Notes: generated from the letters alone by a model not told the origin. 64,000 bases of DNA from Candidatus Saccharimonadota bacterium (GCA_022841445.1 JALHRM010000001.1:195777-259776), one strand, 5' to 3'; positions 16,701 to 24,906 are shown, counted from the first letter of the stretch. A program made the numbers and translations.

Positions 16701-18977
16701 GCCGACGGAGCGGCAGCTGGTTCGAAAGCCTCAAATTACAAGGATCGCCGAGCTACAAACCAAGTAATGCCAGGAATAAAAAAAGGTGCTGCAGTTAGAG
16801 TTAAAATAGTCTTCACCAATAACAACGGCGAGAGCGCAGAAGGCAAAGACCGCAACTTGTTCGTTGACAGATTAATGCTCATACCGACTAAGGGAGCTGC
16901 TGCAAATAATCCGCCTACTAGCGGGAGCACAGCGCCCGTTGCTTGCAGCGGTGCTGGTAGTGGCCGTAGTGACTATGTAGAGGGTGAGCAAGCCCAGTGC
17001 TCAAGCGGCGTTATTGTAAGCGATGATGCGAAAGCCGCTGGTCAAAAGGCCGCGCTACTACGTGCCCAGAATAATAGCCTTACATACACCTTCAAAGTAA
17101 CGGAGCCTGGCTTGTACAGATCTGCCGCCAGCATGAGAAGTCAGCCAGGAACTACCGGAAAAGTCGAAATGCAGTTTTCTAAACTAACTCCTGGTCAGAG
17201 CCCTAGTATCAAAACTCAAGCCAATAAAGCCGTGGGCGGCAGTGCGAGTTATTCGAGATACACAGTAAGATCAGGCGACGGGCTAGCAACAGACCCTCCA
17301 CATGAGTTCAGTGCAAACGCTGGTGATGAACTAACTATCTCGGTGAAAAGCTCAACTAATGTTGATGTGCTTGTTGACTACTTGTACTTGAGCAAAGCGC
17401 CAGTATCGGTTGTGAATTGCAGCAATGATGCTCCAAACGCCGCTGTTGTAGAAGCCGAAAGAAGTCTATGCACCGGCCGCGTCGGGGTGGTGAGTTCGGC
17501 AAACGCGTTTAATACTGGAGCATTTGGCGACAAGTCAGTATTTCTGTTCACAGATAATTCGTCCGTTCAATATACCTTTACGGTAAGCGAACCCGGCAAA
17601 TACGCTGCCGTTGCTCGCGCCAGTAACGACAATCGTTTTGTTGCAGGTGCAGGTGAAACTGCTAAATTTGACCTAAGAATTGGCAAGGTAGGCGGAATCG
17701 CCAAAGCTGCCAGCTTCACCACGAAAGCACGTGCTACCAGTACACCCACATGGGATAAATTCACTCTCGGCGAAGCTAACAGACTTTGCTTACAAGCAGG
17801 TGACAAAGTGACAGTGAGAGCATCATTCACTAATGACAACAGCGGCTCGACAGAAACAAGCGACCGCAACCTAATTGTCGACCAGTTAGAACTACTCAAA
17901 ACTGGTGCTGCTACAAACTGCAATACACCACCTACCACTGGCGGATCAAGCACTGATACGCCTCCAGCTAATAACCCTAACGGTCCAGAAGCAACATCGG
18001 CTCGCTACGTGCGCGCCGAAAACGCCAATGCCGGCTGCGGTCGCTTAACACAGCAAACAACTAGTAGTGAAATACTAAGTCCGTTTGACTGTAGGAGTCG
18101 GTTGCAAAGCGACAATCAGGCAGAAAATAAAAAAGCTTTGTCAGTAACCGCAAATAAGAGTTTTGTCACACACGAGTTTAACCAAGTAAAGATTGACGGC
18201 GTGTATGCAGTAGGCTTTATGCTCAAAGCAGAAAAGCCGGTTTGGCCTGGTGCAAAAGCACCAAAAGCCACGCTGTATATTAACAACAGTAAGGTTAATA
18301 CTTTCGATGTAGCCACCGACAAATACCGGTTCTATAACACGAGAATTGAAGTTCAGACCAACGACAAACCCAAAGTACGAATCGTAATGGAAGATCAAAA
18401 CAGTGTGCTGAACACTGAAAAGTTGTGGATTGATTCTATAAGACTAATTCGCACAGCAAATGTACCACCAGAAGAGCCAGTTGTTGTTACGCCCGCTAAT
18501 CAAACCGGAGGAATACCAGCACCACAATACACGCCTTGCAGTTCTAACTGTGGTGAAAATACCCCCGAAATCTCCGCAGACCGACAGCAACAAGTTTGCG
18601 CCCCAGGACAAAAGCGTGTTACCCCGAGAGTTCCCGCCTTTCCGGGTCAGTACATCTGTGTTACCCCAATCCAAGTACAACCTCCTACATACGTAAATCC
18701 ACATAGCATAACCTACGGAAGTTGTCCAAGTGGGTACTTGATAGATTTGAGTAATTCTAGTAAGTGTTATAGATACTTTTGCTTCACTGGTACTTTGTCT
18801 GCTGACGGCCGACGCTGTGTGGGCATAGGTCTTGTGAGCTCAACTACTGATGCCATCAGAGATACGAAAGACCGCGCAGTGCAATCCGTCAATTGTCCTT
18901 CCGGATACTCAGCAGAAGGACTACGCTGTAAAAGCAAGTCAAGCCAGATATTCAATACTCCAGGTCTTTCAGGTTAA
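13710..18977 (+). CDS. Giant (1755 aa) membrane-anchored surface protein with seven tandem CBM6/35-like modules and a Cys-rich C-terminus
   Basis: N-terminal TM anchor (FVLLLIGVIVLTAGILGF). Two module types in the order A-B-B-A-B-A-B, starting at about 14835, 15380, 15895, 16389, 16939, 17411 and 17989. Type A carries VEAE...SVEYTF...SNDNR...DRNL(F/I)VD(Q/R)L. Type B carries (I/V)(E/Q)AE...YxxxV...(V/I)D. A likelier start is ATG 13770, which is preceded by AAAGG. Confidence 0.85.
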   Translation: MLHEHHKKHKTRSHGVRKADMDRTVPTYLKNKFVLLLIGVIVLTAGILGFTYWNAANNVQPAANRTEADVYNQDRGTTSVADWTASANYDVGAFGIMTKASNQLVIGYKAGPKYATGQEACWNLVIPRPANATQYRVNYVDFDYLTNEAGANGVKVKVNGQSQNVTIIGGPGGHQGGAQFNRVIRVATPGLVNGGTVSICNYVLGNNQGNGTHLFTDQKTIYVSKYNIFGEKDIPDAPAAPTTVKVTGQVRDWNNKNLANVTIDTCIAGVSPKTNSQGIYEFSVPHSTSFCLRVNTGGGGIPAGTTGVKANAGQAAGSIAAAGQGSYEYQVAGVACRNGGCAPVQGTNDRDVDTGYTFSLLGTSPTAPAPSTPTTLKCAGGSGQKVTVINAEAGVCGNGTVPFTSPADQVGSGTSVILPNTNSTVEYTFSAPADGKYVAAATMSNDNRYKSTAAKYRLSIATAGGAQSSSSEALTRKGTSATAASYSDYGLDAAKAVNATNGQSLLVRVTFLEAQNSTTNGDQNLYVDQLKLVKVGELPATPGAGSGGSSGNTGNANGTCTTPHTAVAPAGATRIEAESVGSGNRSASAVAGPIHVIANTAALNGATGCQAVRLVTDAGFVKYQFSPAAGSYSLVVRGKGSMKMTSVNRSGVTLNRNFGTAFTDQNVSSIVESATAETISVSANEKVQIEIKRNGGDAYVDFIELRKVADPPATNNGGNTGNAGGSAFSPCTNTGSGRTDLVQAEQALCVSGGGVVADTNADGDKAVVLSPSGAAVEYKLRASTTGRYNAVAKMRSQLNNNGKVTFEVISESGAVLARQTGKAITQNATTYTRYTVSNNDKVVDFNLTDNQPVTIRIKSESSQLVRVDSFSLSREGNTTPSAGSGTSGTASNTVACAKGASQQVFTVEAENATCDNPPKAAVFSGPANQVDGAFGGQAVILAANNSSVEYTFIAPEDNDYIAGARVSNDNRFVGTERAKFVLSIDSGGALRQSPEQTADGAAAGSKASNYKDRRATNQVMPGIKKGAAVRVKIVFTNNNGESAEGKDRNLFVDRLMLIPTKGAAANNPPTSGSTAPVACSGAGSGRSDYVEGEQAQCSSGVIVSDDAKAAGQKAALLRAQNNSLTYTFKVTEPGLYRSAASMRSQPGTTGKVEMQFSKLTPGQSPSIKTQANKAVGGSASYSRYTVRSGDGLATDPPHEFSANAGDELTISVKSSTNVDVLVDYLYLSKAPVSVVNCSNDAPNAAVVEAERSLCTGRVGVVSSANAFNTGAFGDKSVFLFTDNSSVQYTFTVSEPGKYAAVARASNDNRFVAGAGETAKFDLRIGKVGGIAKAASFTTKARATSTPTWDKFTLGEANRLCLQAGDKVTVRASFTNDNSGSTETSDRNLIVDQLELLKTGAATNCNTPPTTGGSSTDTPPANNPNGPEATSARYVRAENANAGCGRLTQQTTSSEILSPFDCRSRLQSDNQAENKKALSVTANKSFVTHEFNQVKIDGVYAVGFMLKAEKPVWPGAKAPKATLYINNSKVNTFDVATDKYRFYNTRIEVQTNDKPKVRIVMEDQNSVLNTEKLWIDSIRLIRTANVPPEEPVVVTPANQTGGIPAPQYTPCSSNCGENTPEISADRQQQVCAPGQKRVTPRVPAFPGQYICVTPIQVQPPTYVNPHSITYGSCPSGYLIDLSNSSKCYRYFCFTGTLSADGRRCVGIGLVSSTTDAIRDTKDRAVQSVNCPSGYSAEGLRCKSKSSQIFNTPGLSG

Positions 18978-19058
18978 TAGTCAACTACACATTCTTAAAA
19001 GCAACTGCTGTCAAAGTTATTATTCTCGGTTGCTCGAATCATACCTCGATGGATGAAT

Positions 19059-21401
19059 CTACCACCACTCTAATGTACTGCCGGTACGAACAGTGATGGC
19101 CGAGCCGTTTAATTCTGATGCAAATCTCAGCTGTACTGTACCGTTTGCTGTCGGCAAAATACTGCCTTCAATAACTGCAATATTTCCAGTAGTTGCCGCC
19201 GAAGTTGCACTACAACCCGCTGGCGAATCATTGCCATTGCCTGTTCGACTTGTACCTGTGGTAGTTGTAAGTGAGGAGCTTTGCATATATGTGAAATATG
19301 TGTTTGTGGGGCCGGTTGCAGCCCAAGCAGACCCTGTTGTGGTAGCTGCAGCAGTATAGTTGATAACTGCGTAGAAACGATACACAACACCTGTAGTAAC
19401 AGCAAAACTTAAACCTGTAAGATGCGTAAACGTGCATGCTCCGGCACTATCTATGACGTCAGCAGCCAGTATCGTCCTGTTACGTGTAATACAGTCTTTC
19501 CATGCACCAGCCTCAAAACATCTAAACTTTCCCAAGTTACTATTGTAATACTGCCCACCATCAACACCCGTAGGGTCGCCAGCAGAGGTCTTAGTATCAA
19601 GCACAAGCAGCGTACCTATAGTGTCAGAAGTCCCTAGCACAATATTGCTGGTTCCACCTGGTGTTAGGTTAATCGCTCCCGAAGTTGTAGTCTGTATGTT
19701 CACGTTGCCGCTTGTTGCGTTTATGGTCGCATTGCCACTTCCGGCATTAAGAGTTAGCGAACTGGTTGTGTTGGTCGATCCAATCGTAACCGACTGCGCA
19801 GCAGCACCTGTTGCAAATTGAATAGTATGAGCGGTGGCGCCATTGAATAACGCCGCAACACCCGTGCCGTTTTCAATTGTTAAACTTGTACTTGTTGTAC
19901 CGATAGTTATGCCACCTGACGGACTAATCGCAAATACGTCTGTGCCGCCATTCTGAACGGCAAAGCGGCCATTACCGCCACAGGCAGTTGTACATTGAAG
20001 ATCAATAAGTACATTGGCGTCTGTAGCCGTGTCGGTCGCGTTGATCACAAGATCATGAGTATCTGTAGTATTTAGTGTTGGATTATTATTATAGGCTGAT
20101 TGTAGTGTAGCTCCGCTCACGGCAGATGTTGTCGAGTTATATTCAACCGTCCAATAAACGGTAAAATCATTCGTCGTGGGTGCCATACCCACCGTATCAA
20201 AAGCAATACCAATTGTATCGCCAGCTGAAAATGTTACCACCCCGGGGTCAAGCGCTGTTGCGGATTCACGCTGTACCGTACTACTCATACTACACGCCCC
20301 TGCCCCCACAGACACACCATTCACCCGCCATCGTAGATTAAGTGTTCCCGCAGTAACGTTAGCGGTGTTTTTGATTAGACAGGTCCTAAAACTCCCTCCA
20401 GCAGGTGCCGTAAAGCCTGTTATTCCGGCTGTATTTGACACCGCAGTTGCAGTTGTAAATATGAGCGTCTCTACTACCGCTCCAGTCACATTAGCCCCCA
20501 CATTAGCCAGTCCAGATGTAAAGCTAGCCGTAGAATTGCCACTTGTCAGACAATCTGACCATGCGCCGCTCTGGAAACAACGAAACGTTCCGGAATTGCT
20601 ATTGTAATACATACCGCCGTTAACGCCCGTAGGGTCACCGGCGGTATTCTTTGTGTCTACCACTAACTGAGCGGCTGAAGCATCAGCCGTCGGATTGCCA
20701 ATATACACATTCGCTGCACTGGTATCTACTGTCAATAAGGGATTTGATGACTGACTTTGAATCTGAAATCCTATCGATGAATCAGCCTGATTACGGAACA
20801 AAGCACTGCCGTTATTTGCCAGTTGGAATATAGCCGTTCCGCTACGCTGTACATCGAAAATTAATGCCGTACCACCGGTCTTGTTTATAGACAGGCTGGC
20901 ATTTGTTGTAGAGCCATCCGTTTGAGTCCCCTGTCCTAGCTGTACCAAGTTAGTACTATCAAGACCGTCAATAGTGTCAGAATTGAAGGCATACGGACTA
21001 GCAGTAAGCTGTATTCGGGGGGACATTTCGGGATCCGCTCCCACCTTCATACTCAAGTAAAGCGCCGACAGGTTAAAGTTAACACTGCCAGGTAAGCTAG
21101 TCACGCTACCAAGCGCTACCCGAAAAATACCATCATTGACCGCAACTGTTGCTTGAGTTTCTTCCCATAAGCAAGAGTTAGCACAAGGGCTAGCGGTATC
21201 TGCAGTTGGATCTGTGTATACCCTGAATCGTATAGAGTAACTGCCATTGGTAACGTTCGTGCCATCCGGATTTGTCAGTTTACCCTGGAAATTTATGGTC
21301 GGATTAATGGCAGCTTGAGTTTTTGGGGTAAATTGAAACCATAGCCCGCCAAGGATAGCGAACAAAGTTAGCGGCAAAACCCACATCCACTTCTTAGGCA
21401 T
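19059..21401 (-). CDS. 780-aa secreted fibre-like protein with internal two-fold module duplication
   Basis: Signal peptide. N-terminal head INFQGKLTNPDGTNVTNGSYSIRFRVY...LWEE...YLSMKVG...EMSPRIQLTASPYA. Two copies of DTK(N/T)(T/S)AGDPTGVxGGxYYNSNxGxFRCFxxGAWxDC(L/I)T at 20544-20663 and about 19486-19611, each followed by a beta-sandwich-like domain. Confidence 0.8.
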   Translation of the reverse strand: MPKKWMWVLPLTLFAILGGLWFQFTPKTQAAINPTINFQGKLTNPDGTNVTNGSYSIRFRVYTDPTADTASPCANSCLWEETQATVAVNDGIFRVALGSVTSLPGSVNFNLSALYLSMKVGADPEMSPRIQLTASPYAFNSDTIDGLDSTNLVQLGQGTQTDGSTTNASLSINKTGGTALIFDVQRSGTAIFQLANNGSALFRNQADSSIGFQIQSQSSNPLLTVDTSAANVYIGNPTADASAAQLVVDTKNTAGDPTGVNGGMYYNSNSGTFRCFQSGAWSDCLTSGNSTASFTSGLANVGANVTGAVVETLIFTTATAVSNTAGITGFTAPAGGSFRTCLIKNTANVTAGTLNLRWRVNGVSVGAGACSMSSTVQRESATALDPGVVTFSAGDTIGIAFDTVGMAPTTNDFTVYWTVEYNSTTSAVSGATLQSAYNNNPTLNTTDTHDLVINATDTATDANVLIDLQCTTACGGNGRFAVQNGGTDVFAISPSGGITIGTTSTSLTIENGTGVAALFNGATAHTIQFATGAAAQSVTIGSTNTTSSLTLNAGSGNATINATSGNVNIQTTTSGAINLTPGGTSNIVLGTSDTIGTLLVLDTKTSAGDPTGVDGGQYYNSNLGKFRCFEAGAWKDCITRNRTILAADVIDSAGACTFTHLTGLSFAVTTGVVYRFYAVINYTAAATTTGSAWAATGPTNTYFTYMQSSSLTTTTGTSRTGNGNDSPAGCSATSAATTGNIAVIEGSILPTANGTVQLRFASELNGSAITVRTGSTLEWW

Positions 21402-21444
21402 CCACCTAAATACTAGCAGTTTTACAGATTACGCTCAAGCTTAC

Positions 21445-22575
21445 TTATCTGTTTCTACGAGCTCTTGCTCGGCTGTAGCTCACTACTTCTATTCCCGATT
21501 TTGTGACGACATGGTCATTATTAGCACTAGCGCCTGTGCTATTTTTAGATTCACTTAACTTCGACTCTTTAACTGCCTGCTGTTTCTTCTTGGGCTTAAT
21601 TTTATTTTTTCGGGATACTGCTGCTTTTTTACGGCTATGCCTACGCCGTCTTAAAGGCGTACTAATAAACTGATACATTCTGTTAAGCCAGCCTTTGCCA
21701 TGCGCAAATCCAACCAATACAAGCAGTACAAATGCTACCGCCAACGTCCAGGGTGGAATGTACAAAAACCTTACTGAGCTCACATTAAAGCGGCCTGTAT
21801 CGTCAAATCTATACGACACGTCGACGTTGTAATAACCCGGTACTATAGGCAGTTTTATACGGTCAAACGACGACCTAAGCACTATTTCGCGCCCCGGGAA
21901 AAGCGGAGATGATGGCTCATTAACAATACCTCTCGAATATAGAGAGCTACCACTTGATAAATCAACCGTACCACGAGGCACAATGTGAACGTTTCCGGTA
22001 TTTTTAAAGCTTAGGTCAGCGAACTTTGGAGCCGTAAAGATATTTCTTTGCAATTTAACGTCCGTTAGCTCAATCGAACGCACCGCGCCGCCTTCTTTGA
22101 CAACAAAAAGCGTGACACTTATAGCCTGCTGGAGAGTAAGATTAGTAGCTTCTGCGGGCAGCAACTTAATCAGTAGCGCGCCGTAGTGCCCACCAGGACC
22201 AAGTTCAGCAACATTGCTAAATTGTACCTGAACATTTACTGACTGTCCTGGGTTAAGAGTGGTGTCTGTGGTCAGTATTTTCGTAGCAGCAACGAGTCCC
22301 GGATCAACATTGCTGCTTGGAACCAAATTTTTACCAACCTGCTCGAGGCCGCTGATTGACGCGCCCACTCGTACCGCCACCGGAAAATCATTGCGAACCG
22401 ATACCGACTTAGTTTGAGTGGGTGTACTGTCTGTGATATCTGCTTCCAATAGGGCTGGAGATACAGTTATTCCCCCTGCCGCATAAGCCGGACGCACAAA
22501 TCCAAGCATAATGAATGCACAAAGCAGGCTGGCAACAATAATGAGTTTTGGATCATAAATAACCCTTGCGTTCAT
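21445..22575 (-). CDS. Signal peptide + two Ig-like halves + C-terminal TM + Lys/Arg tail; DUF916/DUF3324-like (CscA-like) membrane protein, copy 2
   Basis: Cleavable leader ending PAYAAGG. C-terminal helix PWTLAVAFVLLVLVGFA, then a basic tail. Same architecture and size as the neighbouring ORF 22581-23693. Family assignment is by architecture and pattern only. Confidence 0.5.
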   Translation of the reverse strand: MNARVIYDPKLIIVASLLCAFIMLGFVRPAYAAGGITVSPALLEADITDSTPTQTKSVSVRNDFPVAVRVGASISGLEQVGKNLVPSSNVDPGLVAATKILTTDTTLNPGQSVNVQVQFSNVAELGPGGHYGALLIKLLPAEATNLTLQQAISVTLFVVKEGGAVRSIELTDVKLQRNIFTAPKFADLSFKNTGNVHIVPRGTVDLSSGSSLYSRGIVNEPSSPLFPGREIVLRSSFDRIKLPIVPGYYNVDVSYRFDDTGRFNVSSVRFLYIPPWTLAVAFVLLVLVGFAHGKGWLNRMYQFISTPLRRRRHSRKKAAVSRKNKIKPKKKQQAVKESKLSESKNSTGASANNDHVVTKSGIEVVSYSRARARRNR

Positions 22576-22580
22576 CCGTA

Positions 22581-23693
22581 TTATGCGCGCTCGCCGCGGT
22601 CACGAGACGATGACTTTGCGGAGTTTTTCTTCCCTGAACCGAATAGCTGCCTGCCTGCACTAAAGAAACCAAATCCAACGACTAGTAAGATCAAAAATAC
22701 GATAAGCAACAGTTTCCAGGGAATAACCCAAAAACTAACTTCTGTAGTTATGGGAACATCCCGGGTGCCATCGTTATACACTGCCACCATTTTTGCGGTG
22801 TACTTGCCAAAGCGGAATTTGCTGGCATCAGACCAGTTCCATTCTAGTTTTCGCTCTGGTTCCACATTAGCCGGACCAGAAATTGTGCGGAACACCGGAA
22901 ACCCTTCTGCCCAATTAGAGTTGAGTTCGCGCGTTACTCCGGGCAGCAGGTAAGAGCGCTTGTCGTTGAGCGGGATGGTAGAAATCGGCGTTGCGTCATC
23001 ACTGTTTCTTTGGATAAAGATGTTCCCAAGCGGCTGGATGATTGTATTGCCGGTGTTTTTTACCTTAAAACTTAACTCGGCTGGCAGATACTCGTACACT
23101 CTGTGCTTGGACGAAAATTCCAACACTTCAAATTGCCGTTTTGCGCCCGGCTTGTCAACTGAAAGTAGGGTAAATACAGCGACAGAGCCTTCGATAGCAC
23201 GTTGCCCAGGCTTAGGTTTTGGTGGATTTGCCCTGTTGATAACTATTGCAAAACTATAGCTAAAGCCAGCATCTTCAGGTGGACTGACAGTGATTTTTTG
23301 GGTGTACCATTCACCTGGTTTGATGTTAAATAGAGGGTTTTGAATTTCGACCCAGTCTATGACTTCCTTAGGGGCTGATGTGCCAAGTGACACTTCGCCG
23401 TCACCATTATTAACACTGAATGTGCGCAACTGAGCCCTTAAGTTTTCGGCCTTGCTTCCCTGGTTGTTGATGCGCAGTTCAATCGTTTTTGTTTTGCCAG
23501 GCTGCAACGTTTCGACAATCGGCGAAGGCGTTACCTGCAGTGAAAAGTCGCGGTCTTGATCCTGTGCAGACACTTTAGAAATGATAATTGGAGATACAAC
23601 GCCGAGCAGCAGCGCAAACGCGGTCAGAAGCAGTGCAGAATTTTTACCCCATTTCATAAGAATTATAAGTAGTATAGCAAAAGACTGCCTCAT
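22581..23693 (-). CDS. DUF916/DUF3324-like (CscA-like) membrane protein, copy 1
   Basis: DFSLQVTPSPIVETLQPGKTKTIELRINNQG resembles the DUF916 N-terminal strand pattern. The second half KVKNTGNTIIQPLGNIFI...GKYTAKMVAVY resembles DUF3324. C-terminal TM WKLLLIVFLILLVVGFGFF. The start may be ATG 23657 (MKWGKNSALLL...). Confidence 0.55.
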   Translation of the reverse strand: MRQSFAILLIILMKWGKNSALLLTAFALLLGVVSPIIISKVSAQDQDRDFSLQVTPSPIVETLQPGKTKTIELRINNQGSKAENLRAQLRTFSVNNGDGEVSLGTSAPKEVIDWVEIQNPLFNIKPGEWYTQKITVSPPEDAGFSYSFAIVINRANPPKPKPGQRAIEGSVAVFTLLSVDKPGAKRQFEVLEFSSKHRVYEYLPAELSFKVKNTGNTIIQPLGNIFIQRNSDDATPISTIPLNDKRSYLLPGVTRELNSNWAEGFPVFRTISGPANVEPERKLEWNWSDASKFRFGKYTAKMVAVYNDGTRDVPITTEVSFWVIPWKLLLIVFLILLVVGFGFFSAGRQLFGSGKKNSAKSSSRDRGERA

Positions 23694-23706
23694 ATCGGCA
23701 GTCTTT
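23680..23706 (-). terminator. Perfect 10-bp stem / 7-nt loop hairpin downstream of the 345-aa gene (putative attenuator or terminator)
   Basis: AAAGACTGCC-TCATATC-GGCAGTCTTT. On the minus-strand RNA the stem is followed by UUUUGCUAU. The loop contains the first in-frame AUG of ORF 22581-23693. Confidence 0.45.
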
Positions 23707-23760
23707 GCTTATAAATCTTCGTTATATGTCGTTGTTGTCTAAAGCTATATGTCTTAACGT

Positions 23761-24798
23761 CTAGAACAAGCCAGCACCGGTAACGGTAATCGTGTCGGTG
23801 TAATCTGTAGCTGCTGGTGTTGTTGCAGCGATTGTGGCATTGTTTGTCAGTGTTAGTACAGCGTTGTCAGCGGTACCGTTCGATGATGCAAGAGTACGGA
23901 GTGATGTGTCCAAACCACCACCTTGTCCTGCTCCACCAACAAAGGCTGCAGCAACAGTAATAGTACCGCTACCGCCGGTTTGGCTTTGAGTGACACCGGT
24001 GTTGTAGCCTTCAGTACCAGTACTGAGCGTGCTGTTACTACCTGGTGTTGTCGAGGCAATAGTCTTTGATGCGGCGGCAGAAGTAAGACCAGCGTTGCTG
24101 TCACGTGCCCATGCATACCAACCATTGGTAGCATTCGTGTTAATTGTAACTGTTCGTGGAGTAGGACTGCTCACAACCGAGCTAGTGCTTAGCGTGCCAA
24201 GAGCGTCTGTGTTACCACTTAGAGCAAAGCTAAATGTTGGCGTAACAGTAGCTGTTACGACGATCTGGTCATCGCTAATGCTTGCTGTAGCGTAAGTACC
24301 GCTATCGATTGTAGCTGGACCGTTATCCCGGGTTGTGACAGTTCCAGTGTTGTTAGCTGTGGCTGCTGCCTTAATAGACAGCGCTGCAGAGTTTGTCCAG
24401 TTGAAACAGTATAATGTTCCGACTGTTAGGTCTGTGCTTGGGAACGTTACCGTCTGACCACTCGCTGCTGAAGCCGTACCTATACCAGGCCAGGCACTGG
24501 CGCCTGATGGCCAAGCCAAGTTAGTAGTACTTACTGTCCAGTTACCCGTTGTAGTGCTGACAGTGTAGCTTGTCGGAAACACAACTTGGACGTCGTTTTC
24601 CGTAGCAACCGTTGCAGCTTGCGCACAGACGGTGCCAGTACTTGCAGTACTTGTTTTGACTCGGTCAAAACGTACCAACGTTCTAGACAACGTGGCAGCT
24701 TCTGCGCGACTGTTAATCGCCAGAGGCAACGCTGCAACCAGAACCAATAGAAAAGCCAGGCCAATAGCCCGCCAATCAACGAACCGTAAGGTTTGCAT
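23761..24798 (-). CDS. Secreted beta-rich Thr/Ser/Ala-rich protein with WxL-/pilin-like C-terminal module; candidate major structural subunit
   Basis: Signal peptide with AEA-A cleavage site. C-terminal module VTPTFSFALSGNTDALGTL...NGWYAWARDSNAGLTS...DYTDTITVTGAGLF is paralogous to the C-terminus of ORF 24907-25965. Confidence 0.5.
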   Translation of the reverse strand: MQTLRFVDWRAIGLAFLLVLVAALPLAINSRAEAATLSRTLVRFDRVKTSTASTGTVCAQAATVATENDVQVVFPTSYTVSTTTGNWTVSTTNLAWPSGASAWPGIGTASAASGQTVTFPSTDLTVGTLYCFNWTNSAALSIKAAATANNTGTVTTRDNGPATIDSGTYATASISDDQIVVTATVTPTFSFALSGNTDALGTLSTSSVVSSPTPRTVTINTNATNGWYAWARDSNAGLTSAAASKTIASTTPGSNSTLSTGTEGYNTGVTQSQTGGSGTITVAAAFVGGAGQGGGLDTSLRTLASSNGTADNAVLTLTNNATIAATTPAATDYTDTITVTGAGLF

Positions 24799-24863
24799 GT
24801 TTGTTTTTCTCGCTTTCGTTAGTTTTTGTTTTTGTTTTAGTAGCTTACGCTTACTGATTAAGG

Positions 24864-24891
24864 AGTATACATATCAATTTTGTAAATGCAA
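24864..24891 (-). promoter_or_regulatory. Putative sigma-70-type promoter for the 345-aa subunit gene
   Basis: On the minus strand: TTGCAT (24891-24886), 16-nt spacer, TATACT (24869-24864). It sits about 65 nt upstream of the ATG in the largest intergenic gap of the locus. Confidence 0.35.
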
Positions 24892-24906
24892 GCGCGGTGT
24901 AGCCTT

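Noticed and set aside
17567-17953. 128-aa minus-strand ORF and many other 60-140-aa ORFs inside the giant genes (13710-21401, 41430-46951)
   Set aside because: All are antisense or out of frame within long ORFs that have strong repeat and domain structure. Their compositions (Leu/Pro/Ser/Val-rich) mirror the opposite strand's codons.
18978-19058. Bidirectional intrinsic terminator between the two convergent giant genes
   Set aside because: The only pairing is a 6-bp stem (AGCAAC/GTTGCT) with a 23-nt loop. That is too weak to call.
19059-21401. Prophage tail-fibre interpretation of the 780-aa fibre protein
   Set aside because: There are no capsid, terminase, portal, baseplate, integrase or lysis genes anywhere nearby. 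The neighbours are membrane and secreted proteins in one operon-like unit, and the protein has a Sec-type signal peptide.
13710-21401. Diversity-generating retroelement (DGR) acting on the large surface proteins
   Set aside because: No reverse transcriptase gene is in the window. I saw no template/variable repeat pair with adenine-specific differences. The internal repeats are old, diverged domain duplications.
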